64,000 bases of DNA from a bacterium (GTDB taxonomy: Bacteria; Patescibacteriota; Microgenomatia; UBA10105; UBA927), in NCBI GenBank assembly GCA_021817785.1, contig JAKAFY010000004.1, positions 6,826 to 70,825 of the forward strand. The letters are read 5' to 3'. Below are positions 10,068 through 18,696 of this stretch, piece after piece. Position 1 is the stretch's first letter; every line of letters begins with the position of its first letter. The translations under genes and the position numbers were made by a program. The notes under the pieces were generated by a model. That model was not told the origin of the DNA and made no database searches. It saw only the letters and a list, made by a program, of their open reading frames with translations.

Positions 10068-10198
10068 TCCGATCTATTATGCATTATGTGCCCATACAAC
10101 ATACATATGTGCTATGTACTATACCCCTACCCATGGGAAAATCAATAGTGTAATCCCCCATTTCCAACCGCCGGCAAGTCTGATATAGTCTTTCATAT

Positions 10199-10747
10199 AT
10201 GACAGACTCAGTATGTCCCAAATGTGGCAGTCCGTTAGGAGAAATTCAGGAAACCAAAACCGGCAAAAAGCTGCAGCGCTGCAGTACGGGCCGATGGAAT
10301 CCGGAGACCAAAAAAAACGAAGGGTGTGATTATGTGAAATGGTTTACCCCGGAGCCTCAGGCGCTGGAAGAAAAGTGCCCCAAATGCGGCTCCCCGCTGG
10401 TGTTAGTCGTCACTCGCTTCGGCAAAAAGATGAAAAAGTGTTCGACCAATGTCTGGAACAAAGAAACCAAAAAAGCCGAAGGCTGCGATTATGTCGAGTG
10501 GATCAACGGCACGACGGAGCAGCTGGATGAAATTTGTCCGGAATGCGGCAACAAGCTTGTCCTGTACACAACCGCCAGCGGCAAAAAGATGAAAAAATGT
10601 TCGACCAGCGGCTGGGACCGTGAGAAAAAACAGGCAACCGGCTGCACCTATGTCCAGTGGCTCAAGCCCGGCGAATCAGCGACCAGTGCGCCGAACGGGG
10701 AAGAATTTTTGCCTCCTGAGCCGCCGGATGCAGAAGATGCCAAATAA
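10199..10747 (+). CDS. Triple zinc-ribbon protein (three tandem CPxCG...C...C modules resembling topoisomerase-type zinc fingers)
   Basis: Three repeats of about 50 aa: CPKCGSPLGEIQETKTGKKLQRCSTGRWNPETKKNEGCDYVKW, CPKCGSPLVLVVTRFGKKMKKCSTNVWNKETKKAEGCDYVEW, CPECGNKLVLYTTASGKKMKKCSTSGWDREKKQATGCTYVQW. Acidic C-terminal tail. Confidence 0.7.
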   Translation: MTDSVCPKCGSPLGEIQETKTGKKLQRCSTGRWNPETKKNEGCDYVKWFTPEPQALEEKCPKCGSPLVLVVTRFGKKMKKCSTNVWNKETKKAEGCDYVEWINGTTEQLDEICPECGNKLVLYTTASGKKMKKCSTSGWDREKKQATGCTYVQWLKPGESATSAPNGEEFLPPEPPDAEDAK

Positions 10748-11066
10748 ACCCCGCGCGCGCTCCATACGCGTTACCGCGCTTACCACGTTTATCCAAAAAT
10801 CAATGGGGCTTATCGGAAAACATTCCGTTTCTCCCGTCACTTTTTCCACCCGGTGGGGACTGCACACCTTTGGCATGTGCGTACCCATCGATGTTCTTAT
10901 TTTGGATGATGACGGCCACGTCGTTTCCCTCGCGCAGTATCTGCACCCAAACCGCTTCTTTTTCTGGAACCCGAAATATATTCGCGTGGTAGAGCTTCCG
11001 GCAGGGTATATCCGCCAAAAGCATATTGCTATCGGAGACACGTTATTGCTACGCACGGCGCAATAA
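10737..11066 (+). CDS. DUF192 domain protein
   Basis: TRWGLHTFGMCVPIDVLILDDDGHVV and a length near 110 aa fit DUF192. The start overlaps the stop of the zinc-ribbon gene (10728 or 10737). Confidence 0.6.
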   Translation: MPNKPRARSIRVTALTTFIQKSMGLIGKHSVSPVTFSTRWGLHTFGMCVPIDVLILDDDGHVVSLAQYLHPNRFFFWNPKYIRVVELPAGYIRQKHIAIGDTLLLRTAQ

Positions 11067-11114
11067 AAAGATGCGCCGGGCAGGGGCGCACCTTTTATAT
11101 ATTATTCGATGGTA

Positions 11115-11531
11115 TTACTGCGGCCGCACGATTACGGTTTGGACATTGTTCCAAAATCCTCCCCCGCTGACCATGATGGTTGCTCCGACTTTGAGATCCG
11201 CAGTCGTTCCTTTGACGATCGTTTCCACCACCGTTTTATCGGAAAGCGTCAGGTCCTGGGTGGTGCCGTTTGGCAGGGTCACGGTTACCGTATTTCCTTT
11301 TACCGCTGTGACTTTCCCCTGCATGCCGCGGCCCAACCTTCCGGTAAATGTGCGGGTCGGGTGTCCGCTGATCATTCCCCCGTATCCCAGACGGCGGGAA
11401 AGCATGGGTTGCGTGTTGCCCCACGCTCCGGCAAACCGTCGCGCGGCGACATGGGTTCCGGCAAAAAATCCTATTGCCCCCACGGCCAACGCGATGACCA
11501 CGGTGAGTGCGATACTTGATGTGTCTTTCAT
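11115..11531 (-). CDS. Membrane-anchored small beta-domain protein (DUF5666-like)
   Basis: GGAG RBS. N-terminal TM. GKVTAVKGNTVTVTLPNGTTQDLTLSDKTVV resembles the DUF5666 repeat. Confidence 0.45.
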   Translation of the reverse strand: MKDTSSIALTVVIALAVGAIGFFAGTHVAARRFAGAWGNTQPMLSRRLGYGGMISGHPTRTFTGRLGRGMQGKVTAVKGNTVTVTLPNGTTQDLTLSDKTVVETIVKGTTADLKVGATIMVSGGGFWNNVQTVIVRPQ

Positions 11532-11702
11532 AGACAAAACTCCTTTGTGTACATGCATCCGATACACCGGATAGTAATAAAGTTCCTTGGCTCCGTCTTC
11601 AGTCGTCGTCCTCTCCGGTCCTTCGTATGGATCTGGCGGGAAGTCTGACCCGACGGATGCTCAAGTAGGTGTACTATATCGCCGTCACCTGAAAACAAGC
11701 TG

Positions 11703-12863
11703 ATGATTGGCGTATCGCGTATAATAGACGCTGCTGTGCAGACCATTACCCAACCCAACCGCATCGTACTCATCTACCTTGCCCGTCCCCGTATCAGCCG
11801 TTCCGAAATGGAAAAAGACGTTACGGAGGTTTGGCAGCTTGTGAGTACGCTGGGAAACGCCAGAATCATCGATATCATCACTCAGCACGGCAGCTCCACG
11901 CAGTCGACGTATATCGGTTCCGGCAAAGCCGCCGAAATTGCGGAGTATCTTCGCACGCATTCGGTGGATACCGTGCTCGTCAGCGGCAATCTGAAACCAA
12001 ACCAGAAGTTCAATCTCGTCAAACTTTTTTGGGGCATACATCCGACTATCCGGGTATGGGACAGGATAGACCTTATTCTCGCCATTTTTTCCCGCCACGC
12101 CCATACCACGGAAGCTTCTCTCCAGATAGATCTTGCCCGTATGCGGCATATGGGGCCGCGTATATACGGCATGGGCCACGAGCTGTCGCAGCAGGGCGGC
12201 GGCATCGGTACCCGCGGCATTGGGGAAACGAATACGGAACTCATGGAACGCCACTGGAAACGCGAAATCAAAAAAGTCCGTGATCAGCTGGACGCACTCG
12301 TCGCAAACCGTACGCGCCAGATGGAAAACCGCAAAAACCTTGGTATACAAACCATTTCAATAGTGGGTTACACCAACGCAGGCAAAACCTCGCTGTTTAA
12401 TGTATTGACGCACAAAAAGCGTCTCGTAGAAAACGCACTGTTTGCCACGCTGGATAGCACGGTTGGGGAAATATATATGCCGGCTCTTGGGAAAAAAGTG
12501 GTTGTCTCCGATACCATCGGATTTATCAGCAATCTTCCGCCGGACCTTATCGAAGCATTTACCTCTACATTACTGGAATCCGTGCATGCGGATGTTGTCC
12601 TCCACGTCATCGACGCGTCGGATCCGGATATCCGGGAAAAAATAGATGTGGTCAGCCACATACTGGATCAGCTCCATATTCCGCCGGAAAAAGAAGTATT
12701 GGTGTTTAATAAAATCGATGCGGCACCATCTCTTGACCGAAGCAAGCTACATAGCTACGCCCGCGGTACGCCGTACGCTATCGTTTCCGCCAAAACAGGA
12801 GAGGGGGTCGAAGAGCTGCTCTCTACAGCGCTTCCTAAATTTTTCCAGTCAACCAAAAAATAG
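11703..12863 (+). CDS. hflX: GTPase HflX
   Basis: HflX N-domain (GNARIIDIITQ...TYIGSGK). GTPase motifs GYTNAGKTSLFN (G1), DTIGF (G3), NKID (G4). Confidence 0.9.
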   Translation: MIGVSRIIDAAVQTITQPNRIVLIYLARPRISRSEMEKDVTEVWQLVSTLGNARIIDIITQHGSSTQSTYIGSGKAAEIAEYLRTHSVDTVLVSGNLKPNQKFNLVKLFWGIHPTIRVWDRIDLILAIFSRHAHTTEASLQIDLARMRHMGPRIYGMGHELSQQGGGIGTRGIGETNTELMERHWKREIKKVRDQLDALVANRTRQMENRKNLGIQTISIVGYTNAGKTSLFNVLTHKKRLVENALFATLDSTVGEIYMPALGKKVVVSDTIGFISNLPPDLIEAFTSTLLESVHADVVLHVIDASDPDIREKIDVVSHILDQLHIPPEKEVLVFNKIDAAPSLDRSKLHSYARGTPYAIVSAKTGEGVEELLSTALPKFFQSTKK

Positions 12864-12924
12864 CCGATGATACTGAAAGTAAACCAAAAAAACATTACGC
12901 GAGTTTTATTTTATGAGGGTGGGA

Positions 12925-13386
12925 TCAACGTCTTCGAGGCCATCGAATCGCTGCTAAACACATATCAGGTGGTAACTTTGTTCCGCTGACTTGAAACGTC
13001 GCGTTTATTCCAGAAATTCGGTTCTTAGGAGTAGAATGAAGACGAGACGAAGTATTGCTATCGAGTATAGTTTGTAACCCAAGAAGTGCCAATGGTCGTA
13101 ACAATCCGAGATCATTTGCTTTATCTACAACGTCCATATGATGATAATCACGACGTCCATCATTTCTACTCTTTACGGCGCTTAATAAATTTCGCACCGT
13201 TCCTTCGCCGGAACACAACTTCTGTCCAATTTCTATTGACGAATAGCCTTGCGCATGTAGGCGAAGCGCTTCCAACTCTCTTAATGATGCAAGAAATCCT
13301 TTGTAATAAATCCAAATATCGTCATTCCGTGAGAATGCTACTGTCGCAACCCTCCCACCGCCCAACTCAATATCTCGCATAAACAT
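12925..13386 (-). CDS. LuxR/GerE-type HTH protein; C-terminal half unrecognisable
   Basis: LRELEALRLHAQGYSSIEIGQKLCSGEGTVRNLLSAVKSR is a LuxR-type HTH. It sits in a low-GC patch. The downstream half of the ORF has no recognisable domain and may be a degraded extension. Confidence 0.45.
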   Translation of the reverse strand: MFMRDIELGGGRVATVAFSRNDDIWIYYKGFLASLRELEALRLHAQGYSSIEIGQKLCSGEGTVRNLLSAVKSRNDGRRDYHHMDVVDKANDLGLLRPLALLGLQTILDSNTSSRLHSTPKNRISGINATFQVSGTKLPPDMCLAAIRWPRRR

Positions 13387-13439
13387 AGGGCCATATTATA
13401 CTATGGGGCTATATAACAGTCAAAATGACCGTCTGGGGG

Positions 13440-13889
13440 CTATTGGAGAACATCTGTGTCATGTACTATTTCCGCGGCATGTACCAGCGGATTTACGCCG
13501 ATATAGCTTTTTACGATTTCCCCGTTGGGATGTATGAGATAGGTATTGCGTAAGACGCCCGTAAACTCCCTGCCCATAAACTTTTTTACTCCCCACGCGC
13601 CATACGCTTCGGCCACGGCATGGTCCTCGTCGGACAGTATCGGAAACGTCAAATGATATTTATCTGCAAACTTTTTATGGCTTGCCACACTGTCTTTGGA
13701 TATCCCCAGTACGACGATTCCCCGCTTCGTATACTCCGCGCCGCGATCGCGGAATCCGCATGCTTCCTTGGTGCACCCCGGCGTATTATCTTTGGGATAA
13801 AAATACACGACCACCCATGATCCTGTATACGCTGCCAGCGCATGATGCTTGCCGTTTTGGTCCAGGAGTGAAAAGAGCGGCGCGTTCAT
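13440..13889 (-). CDS. bcp: Peroxiredoxin Bcp (thiol peroxidase)
   Basis: FYPKDNTPGCTKEACGFRD peroxidatic Cys motif. About 149 aa. Confidence 0.9.
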   Translation of the reverse strand: MNAPLFSLLDQNGKHHALAAYTGSWVVVYFYPKDNTPGCTKEACGFRDRGAEYTKRGIVVLGISKDSVASHKKFADKYHLTFPILSDEDHAVAEAYGAWGVKKFMGREFTGVLRNTYLIHPNGEIVKSYIGVNPLVHAAEIVHDTDVLQ

Positions 13890-13891
13890 AG

Positions 13892-15241
13892 TTACACCTG
13901 TGCCGTATCATGCAGATGCGGCAATACGATATCCGAAATTCCCAGTTCAGTGCTCACGCGTTTGGCCAGTATGTTGCGCTGGCCGTCTTCCCCATGTGTC
14001 AGAAATACTTTCTTTACCCCCTGTATAGGCTGCAACCAATCCATCAGCTGCTGCTGGTCGGCGTGCGAGCTCATGGCCTGCGTATCATGCACCACGCCCG
14101 CCACTTTTACGGTTCTGCCGTCTATGTGTACGGTGCGTTTTCCTTCCAGCAGTTCGCGCCCCAGCGTTTCCTCCCCCTGGTATCCCACGATGAGCAATCT
14201 GGTGGACGCAATCGGCAGGTAGCGCATGGCGTGTTCCCGGATTCTTCCCCCGGTCATCATGCCGCTTCCGGCGATGATCACCTTTGCTCCGGGTTGTGTA
14301 TCCAGCGCGATGCTTTCCTTGCGTTTCCCGATGACGATCAGGCCGGGAAATCCGTACGGCCCCTCCCCGCCGGACTCGTAGCGCACATGCGTATTGCAGT
14401 CTTCGGGATACCGGCTATAGATATGGGTTGCGGTGTTCCCCATCGGGCTGTCGGCATACACGGGCGTTTCGCTGCGTACCTTTCCGTCTTTTTTCAAATG
14501 CATGATCATATGCAAAAGTTCCTGCGTCCGCTGCAGGGAAAATGCGGGGATGAGCAGTGTCCCGCCGCTCCCCTCCACCGCATTGATTTCATTTTGGACG
14601 GTCTCCTTGGGGTCAGTAGTAGGATGCAGCCGGTCTCCGTAGGTAGACTCCATCACCACGGCATCGGCGGATTCGATGGTTTCGGTTTCTAAAAGCAAAT
14701 CATCCGGCGAATTTCCCAGGTCGCCGCTAAATACGATGCGTTGTATGTCGGAATCCGCTTTCGTGTCTTTGATCTCGATCATGGCCGACCCCATGATATG
14801 CCCGGCATCGCGAAGCGTTACCATAAAGTCCCCTATTGGAAACGGCGTGCGATAATACACGCGCTGAAACCGCTGGATGGTCTGTAGCACCCTTTCTTCA
14901 TCATACAGCTCGGGCTTTTCGTCTTCTTTGGCTATCTTTGCGCTGTCTATAAGAGACAATTCCGTCAGATCCGCTGTCGCTGGCGTCATCCATATGGGTG
15001 CGGTATATCCGTTTTTTAAAAGTATCGGCAGTCTGCCGCAGTGGTCCAGATGTGCGTGCGTAAGTATTGCGCCGGACAGCGTGCTGCAGTCATACGCGTA
15101 CGGCTGGTAATTTAGCTGTTCTATCTCTGCCGGTCCCTGAAACATCCCGAGGTCTATAAGGATCGATTGTCCGGAGCCGGAAGTTACGACATAGCTCGAG
15201 CCGGTTACGGTGCCGGCAGCTCCCAAAAAGGTTATCTTCAC
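13892..15241 (-). CDS. MBL-fold beta-CASP RNA-metabolising hydrolase (CPSF73/YSH1-like)
   Basis: N-terminal MKITFLGAAGTVTGS. HxHxDH motif ILTHAHLDHCGRLP. Beta-CASP length of about 450 aa. Confidence 0.85.
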   Translation of the reverse strand: MKITFLGAAGTVTGSSYVVTSGSGQSILIDLGMFQGPAEIEQLNYQPYAYDCSTLSGAILTHAHLDHCGRLPILLKNGYTAPIWMTPATADLTELSLIDSAKIAKEDEKPELYDEERVLQTIQRFQRVYYRTPFPIGDFMVTLRDAGHIMGSAMIEIKDTKADSDIQRIVFSGDLGNSPDDLLLETETIESADAVVMESTYGDRLHPTTDPKETVQNEINAVEGSGGTLLIPAFSLQRTQELLHMIMHLKKDGKVRSETPVYADSPMGNTATHIYSRYPEDCNTHVRYESGGEGPYGFPGLIVIGKRKESIALDTQPGAKVIIAGSGMMTGGRIREHAMRYLPIASTRLLIVGYQGEETLGRELLEGKRTVHIDGRTVKVAGVVHDTQAMSSHADQQQLMDWLQPIQGVKKVFLTHGEDGQRNILAKRVSTELGISDIVLPHLHDTAQV

Positions 15242-15285
15242 CTTACCACTATACTATATTTCACTGTGCCAAACGTATATATATT

Positions 15286-15609
15286 TCAGGACCAACGTAA
15301 CGTTGAATTATATCGAAGCGTTTGGCGAGCTTCAGAAGTAGAACCTACGCCACCGCCGTCTGGCACTGTTATCATCACATTAACATCATTTGTCAGTAAA
15401 TGTGACAATACATCATGGCCAAATCCTCTACCACCAAAGGAGTACATAATTTCCGGCCCGTCAGGAAGTGACACTGTTATGCAACCGCCTCGCAAGACTG
15501 CGCCCGTTACCACCCATCCAAGCTCTCTTGCCCTACGATTATTTCGTAACAAACCGATGGCTTTCACCACATCCGAGCCATATTTGCTTTCGATAATTTT
15601 TTGTAACAT
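15286..15609 (-). pseudogene. Remnant of a YvcK/CofD-family (gluconeogenesis factor) gene; only the N-terminal about 50 aa is recognisable
   Basis: FGGRGFGHDVLSHLL...VMITVPDGGGVGSTSEAR aligns to the YvcK N-terminus (GGGTG...IVTVADDGGSSGRLR) but with an insertion and an early stop. Sits in an AT-rich gap. Confidence 0.35.
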
Positions 15610-15716
15610 ATCTTACACGGAAAAATATATTCTATAGCAGAAAATAACTATAAGTCAATATTTGAGGCTATCTATTTACGAATCCATATAATTCAAGGTT
15701 ATATTATACTGATTCT

Positions 15717-16304
15717 ATGCGCGCAACATATGCTATCCGCCTCCTCGTTCTTGGTGCCGTCATCGCCATCCTTGTTTTCCAAACCATGCAAAAGCCGGCG
15801 CTCCTGCAGCATCCGGCACTTCCCTCGGAGCACACCGGTATAGCCACAGGCAGCGCGGTATTGGGAGTCGTCACCAAATCCGCTGACTGCGTCACCGACG
15901 GCACATTGCCGGACAGCAGTTGTACTCCGGGAGCGATCGACCCCAATGTCACCCAGGACAATATCGGTAGCACCATCTGCGTATCGGGATATACGAAAAG
16001 TGTCCGGCCGGATGTTTCCGTCACCAACACCATCAAAACGAACGTGATGATAGCCTACCGCGACACAGGGACCAAAGCAGACTACGAGCTCGACCACCTT
16101 ATCTCCCTCGAACTCGGCGGGTGTCCGGATTGTGTGGCCAATCTCTGGCCCGAGCCGTATGGCATAGCCTTGGGCGCCCGCGAAAAAGACAAAGTGGAAA
16201 ACTACCTGCGCAAACAGGTGTGCAGCGGCGCCATCAGCTTATCCCAGGCCCAGTCCCAGATCGCCCGCGACTGGGTAAGCGTCTACAGACAACTACCGCA
16301 ATAA
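15717..16304 (+). CDS. Secreted or membrane-anchored HNH-like endonuclease
   Basis: N-terminal TM/signal. Cys-rich. YELDHLISLELGGCPDCVANLWPEP is an HNH-type motif (DH...GG...NLWP). Confidence 0.55.
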   Translation: MRATYAIRLLVLGAVIAILVFQTMQKPALLQHPALPSEHTGIATGSAVLGVVTKSADCVTDGTLPDSSCTPGAIDPNVTQDNIGSTICVSGYTKSVRPDVSVTNTIKTNVMIAYRDTGTKADYELDHLISLELGGCPDCVANLWPEPYGIALGAREKDKVENYLRKQVCSGAISLSQAQSQIARDWVSVYRQLPQ

Positions 16305-17270
16305 TTGAGTTATAAGATTCACAACATGATCTTTCTTTTCAGCCTTACTCTCAGCGACAAGCAACGCCAATGCAGTTAACCCTGCCGGATTGATGCGTCC
16401 GCCTCCCCGCACGCCCGTCTTCCGTAAAAACCAAACGAATGCAAAAGCGCCGGACCTTTTGTTTCCGTCGATAAATGGATGATTTTTTATGATGAAATAC
16501 AGAAGATGCGCGGCTTTTTCTTCAATAGATGCATATAGGTCAGCTCCATTAAATGACTGCATCACATTACCCACTATTCCCTCTATACTCTTCGTTTGTT
16601 TCTCTTTGGCAAATAACTCAGATGCTCCATTTCTTTTTATGAGTTCACGGCGTAAATGAGAGATAGCACGGGTTAATTCGCTCCCCGTCAACTGCACTGC
16701 CTTTTTTGTAAAACCAAGAGGATGTACGGTTCCCTTATCGTATGCTTCAAGCGATACCCACGTCGTAGCAAATTCTTTTATAAGATCCAAAATATTTTTT
16801 GGATCCAACTGGGCGTGTTCAGGCAATAGAGCCTGAATATCTGTTACGGACTTCATAAACGACGTGTAATTTTTGGCGATTCTCTTACGATTTATTGTGT
16901 AGCCGCGCGTTATATGAAGATGCAGTATTTTTGTCGCCCATATCCGAAACTGAGTCGCTCGTTTTGAGCTCACTCGATACCCAATAGACAAAATCATATC
17001 CAAGTTATAGTGCAGGACTTCACGGGAAATACTTCGTATGCCTTCTTGTTGAACTATCCGGATTTTCCGGATAGTTGAAGAATCTCTTAATTCCTCAGAT
17101 GAATAAATATGTTGTATGTGCTCATTCACCGTACGGACATCTACTTCAAACGCGGCCGCGATTTGCGACTGAGTCGCCCAAATAGTTTCATGTGCATAAT
17201 CTCCACGCAACTCTATAGCACCACTTGAGGCTTGGAAGATTACCGACGTAGTTTTTTGTTGCGTTGACAT
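16293..17270 (-). CDS. RhuM-family virulence protein fused to a Doc/Fic (death-on-curing) domain
   Basis: N-terminal RhuM-like region. C-terminal Doc motif HPFIDGNKRSGAFAFVWFLRK (HxFx(D/N)GNKR). Confidence 0.8.
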   Translation of the reverse strand: MSTQQKTTSVIFQASSGAIELRGDYAHETIWATQSQIAAAFEVDVRTVNEHIQHIYSSEELRDSSTIRKIRIVQQEGIRSISREVLHYNLDMILSIGYRVSSKRATQFRIWATKILHLHITRGYTINRKRIAKNYTSFMKSVTDIQALLPEHAQLDPKNILDLIKEFATTWVSLEAYDKGTVHPLGFTKKAVQLTGSELTRAISHLRRELIKRNGASELFAKEKQTKSIEGIVGNVMQSFNGADLYASIEEKAAHLLYFIIKNHPFIDGNKRSGAFAFVWFLRKTGVRGGGRINPAGLTALALLVAESKAEKKDHVVNLITQLLR

Positions 17271-17275
17271 ATACA

Positions 17276-17941
17276 TCACTTCCCGCACGTCTCCGCCTTC
17301 GTATATCCTGCCTTTCTCGCCTCGCGTTCGTCACAAAAATAGTCCTCTCCCCGATTTTTTTCGATCACGGTAAATTTGTACTGCGCGCAGGTGGGCAAAA
17401 AATACGTCTTTACCCCGTTGTCGTCTATGTTTCCCTTTATCGTGCATGTCGAGTTGTCCTTGTTTTCCGTCGACCAGCACGCACCGTATATCCCGCGGTT
17501 AGCCGCACGAGCTTCCGCAGCCGCCGCCTTTAGCGCGTCTTCTTTGGTGGATGTGTCATGGTGGTACGTCGCCCATCCGCTTTTGAGCATCGCTTCGTTT
17601 ACGAGTACGCGCCCGGTATACAGGAGTGCCATCCCCCGTCCCATCTGGTCCGGTATATGTTCGGCTATCACCACCTGTTTTCCCTGGACCAGTGTTTCCA
17701 ATTCTTTTTTGGCTTCTTTCCCGCCGCACGACCCCAATTCAGGGGCATCGATCTGCCGCAATCTCACCCGGTCTTTATTGCCGACTACGATCGTATCCCC
17801 GTCTATGACGCCGATCACCGGCACGCCAATCTCGGGCCGATCGTATTGCCGGGCCAGAAGAACTATATTGAGAAGTATAGACGGGACGAGCAGAACAAGC
17901 CAGACAATTGTTCGCGGGACTATTGATTTTTTATCTATCAT
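17276..17941 (-). CDS. Thermonuclease (SNase-like), membrane-anchored, with Cys-rich C-terminal extension
   Basis: N-terminal TM. VIDGDTIVVGNKDRVRLRQIDAPE is the staphylococcal-nuclease signature. The C-terminal tail has six Cys. Confidence 0.85.
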   Translation of the reverse strand: MIDKKSIVPRTIVWLVLLVPSILLNIVLLARQYDRPEIGVPVIGVIDGDTIVVGNKDRVRLRQIDAPELGSCGGKEAKKELETLVQGKQVVIAEHIPDQMGRGMALLYTGRVLVNEAMLKSGWATYHHDTSTKEDALKAAAAEARAANRGIYGACWSTENKDNSTCTIKGNIDDNGVKTYFLPTCAQYKFTVIEKNRGEDYFCDEREARKAGYTKAETCGK

Positions 17942-17990
17942 ACGTGCCTGAAAATATCATCTTGGCGCGATACATCAACCCGTATTTAGC

Positions 17991-18019
17991 TTGACAAATC
18001 AACCTAAATTACCTATACT
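17991..18019 (+). promoter_or_regulatory. Consensus sigma70-type promoter, TTGACA-N17-TATACT, with no downstream ORF
   Basis: ttgacaaatcaacctaaattacctatact matches the -35 and -10 consensus with 17-nt spacing. Confidence 0.4.
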
Positions 18020-18043
18020 TCTATACAGAATTACCACGAAAAG

Positions 18044-18083
18044 CGCCCCATAAGGCTCGTCCTTACGGGGTTCTTTTCTTTTT
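18044..18083 (+). terminator. Intrinsic terminator: 10-bp stem with one mismatch, then UUCUUUUCUUUUU
   Basis: gccccataagg-ctcgt-ccttacgggg followed by ttcttttcttttt, about 25 nt downstream of the promoter above. On the minus strand it may also terminate the NYN gene. Confidence 0.5.
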
Positions 18084-18140
18084 ATACGCCACTTTCTTTT
18101 TAAGGTCGCTAAGAAACGCAATGCACCCTGATGGAAACCG

Positions 18141-18563
18141 CTATAACAACGCAGAATATTTGCGCTGATCCGGGATAAGCAGCTTCTGTAATTTATTCCG
18201 TTGTAAAAGATAATTTACTAAACAGTGGAAATCACCGTCACCGGTCACGATGACTGCCTGGTGATATTCAGATATATCCACCATCGCCTGCAACACAAGC
18301 TCTGCATCACAATTTCCTTTCACCGTCCCGTCTTTGTATCGCAATGTTGGTTTAAAGATGAGGACATAGCCTTTTTCCTGTAGCGAGCGGTATAGATCAG
18401 CATTTGATTCAAAATATCCTATAAATAGGTACGCTTTCGTGACATGATATTTGTCGGATAAATACACACGGAACCGATGGTAATCTAGTTGCCAGCCCAT
18501 CTCTTTAAAAGACATTACCAGATTCTGGCTATCGATAAACGCATAATTATTTTGTTTCGCCAT
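18141..18563 (-). CDS. NYN-domain (LabA-like) protein
   Basis: MAKQNNYAFIDSQNL...VIVTGDGDF are NYN/PIN-like motifs. Start taken at the internal Met with a GAGGGT RBS. Confidence 0.75.
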   Translation of the reverse strand: MAKQNNYAFIDSQNLVMSFKEMGWQLDYHRFRVYLSDKYHVTKAYLFIGYFESNADLYRSLQEKGYVLIFKPTLRYKDGTVKGNCDAELVLQAMVDISEYHQAVIVTGDGDFHCLVNYLLQRNKLQKLLIPDQRKYSALL

Positions 18564-18625
18564 ACCCTCACTATATGCGAAATATCGGAAATCTCCTGTA
18601 TGGAAGTTCACAATATGCCATGCCG

Positions 18626-18646
18626 CCCACACACCGGGTGTGTGGG
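18626..18646. repeat. GC-rich palindrome CCCACACACCGGGTGTGTGGG followed by TATTTTTT (copy 1)
   Basis: 10-bp arms. Second copy at 20200-20218. Confidence 0.7.
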
Positions 18647-18696
18647 TATTTTTTGCGTTCTTTCGCTACTCTGTGTACTATGGGGTGTATATCCCT

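Noticed and set aside
13910-14692. 260-aa plus-strand ORF
   Set aside because: It lies entirely antisense to the well-supported beta-CASP MBL gene.
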